Shown: positions 63,150 to 64,000 of the stretch, one piece after another | Position numbering within the stretch: position 1 is the first letter of the stretch | How the letters are laid out: every line of letters begins with the position of its first letter | NCBI GenBank assembly: GCA_017396555.1 | Contig: JAFQLS010000057.1 | Coordinates: 28,531-92,530, forward strand | Reading direction: 5' to 3' | DNA: 64,000 bases | Origin: Lachnospiraceae bacterium | Lineage (GTDB): Bacteria; Bacillota; Clostridia; Lachnospirales; Lachnospiraceae | Position numbers and translations under genes: made by a program | Notes under the pieces: model-generated | The model's database searches: none | The model's input: the letters and a program-made list of their open reading frames with translations, nothing else | Told to the model about the DNA's origin: nothing

Positions 63150-64000
63150 ATGTTTAAGGAAAAAGCTGAAGATAGTATTTATATAAATTCATACGAAAAT
63201 AGCAAGGAAGTTATTGCTAACAGGTATGCTCTTAAGTGTCTTACTTGTGCAATGATTGTTCTTGTGATGATATTGATTCTAAATGTTGCAGATATTTTCG
63301 TGATAGATAAAGCAACCACAGCAAAATGTGTTGTATTATGCTTTATTGTATATGTATGTATAATAATGGTTAAAATATTTGGGGATATATCAAAGAACTG
63401 GGTGAAATATTATATTTTATTTGGTGTGGTGGTGTGGATAACAATCATTTCTACATTTCTTACATACCACGCATTACTGGCATGCGCGCTCCCACTTGTA
63501 AGCTGTAGCGTGTATGTGTCTAAAAAGGTTACCATATATACATATGCTCTTATGGTGATAAGCACCTGTATCAGTGTGTATGTAGGCTATTATATAGGAA
63601 TTTGTGATGCAAATATGGTTCTCTTAACAGGAGAGACCTTGTCAAAATATTTGACTCCGGATAATGAATTTGCGTATAAATTTGTAAATGATAATATTGA
63701 GTGGACGTTAGCGCTCTTTTTTGTTTTGCCTAGAAATATGATATTACTTGCATTTGCAGTAATCAGTAGTAGCATATCAAAAATTCTTAATGTTAATATG
63801 GATTATGCCCGCAAGATGAAAAATATGGCTGAAATAGATGGTATGACAGGTATTTATAACAGAAGCAAATATATCAGTATGGTTGAAGAGGTTTATAAAA
63901 AAGAGGAGCATATAGGTGTAATCTTTTGGGATATTAATTACCTTAAGCAAATTAATGATAATGAGGGTCATGAATTTGGTGATAAACTAATTCTTACAGT
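63150..64000 (+). CDS. Membrane-anchored GGDEF diguanylate cyclase, partial (runs off window end)
   Basis: ATG 63150 follows GAGAAGG. There are ~6 TM helices, then ...AEIDGMTGIYNRSKY...IGVIFWDINYLKQINDNEGHEFGDKLIL, the start of a GGDEF domain. It is absent from the ORF track because no stop codon lies in the window. Confidence 0.8.
   Translation, partial: MFKEKAEDSIYINSYENSKEVIANRYALKCLTCAMIVLVMILILNVADIFVIDKATTAKCVVLCFIVYVCIIMVKIFGDISKNWVKYYILFGVVVWITIISTFLTYHALLACALPLVSCSVYVSKKVTIYTYALMVISTCISVYVGYYIGICDANMVLLTGETLSKYLTPDNEFAYKFVNDNIEWTLALFFVLPRNMILLAFAVISSSISKILNVNMDYARKMKNMAEIDGMTGIYNRSKYISMVEEVYKKEEHIGVIFWDINYLKQINDNEGHEFGDKLILT

Noticed and set aside
1-64000. CRISPR arrays, rRNA genes, IS elements with transposases, prophage modules, and known multi-gene defence systems (R-M, CBASS, Thoeris, retron and similar).
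   Set aside because: I scanned the intergenic regions and the ORF translations. There are no regularly spaced repeats, no rRNA-like sequence, and no transposase, integrase, capsid or terminase motifs. The only nuclease or defence-flavoured genes are the Rpn pair and the RhuM/HEPN-like islet reported above.

Overview
This is a low-GC chromosomal window (roughly one-third G+C by eye) from a spore-forming Firmicute. Gene content (cotJABC, BspA-type LRR, Listeria-Bacteroides repeats, dockerin/cohesin, type III glutamine synthetase) suggests Clostridia, probably Lachnospiraceae; this is inference only. There are about 50 genes, almost all on the + strand. Only cotJABC (1-825) and a yjfB-like mini-gene (44465-44641) are on the - strand.

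Layout, in order:
- cotJ operon, then an LRR/Fn3 surface protein.
- A tightly packed six-gene operon (2477-10294): GT2-GtrA, phosphodiester glycosidase, unknown, MoxR, DUF58, transglutaminase.
- fba, then a YdbS/YdbT PH-domain pair.
- An accessory-looking block of secreted/surface proteins (13.3-27.8 kb): a 2214-aa protein with both dockerin and cohesin, two tandem Rpn/YhgA-type PD-(D/E)XK nuclease paralogs, a Cthe_2159-like lipoprotein, a double C-type-lectin protein, an Ig-repeat protein and a class B sortase.
- glnN and a CaCA antiporter.
- A double-Zn-ribbon + TPM pair, ppiB, and a HAD-GNAT fusion.
- An Opp/Dpp-type ABC operon, tRNA-Gln(CUG), and a second Zn-ribbon paralog plus a mini TM ORF.
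- Acyl-ACP thioesterase, cvfB, ridA, CPBP protease and an msmX-like ATPase.
- The PucR-ftsE-ftsX-M23-S41 cluster.
- A ~1.8-kb repeat-flanked islet with RhuM and a decayed HEPN-like gene, then uvrBA.
- An AGCS symporter overlapping a MacB-type ABC gene, a GC-rich structured intergenic region, and a partial membrane GGDEF gene.

No rRNA, CRISPR array, IS transposase or prophage was seen.

The items most worth a second look are:
1. The mosaic tandem Rpn paralogs, which carry a conserved in-frame internal SD+ATG (a possible intragenic small protein).
2. The repeat-flanked RhuM/HEPN-like islet upstream of uvrB.
3. The Zn-ribbon/TPM (YdjG/YdjH-like) module without PspA, and its paralog.
4. The duplicated promoter-leader cassette driving two secreted proteins.
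5. The dockerin+cohesin giant protein.
6. The GC-rich element at 62.85-62.96 kb.

All functional calls come from reading motifs in the translations. No database search was run.
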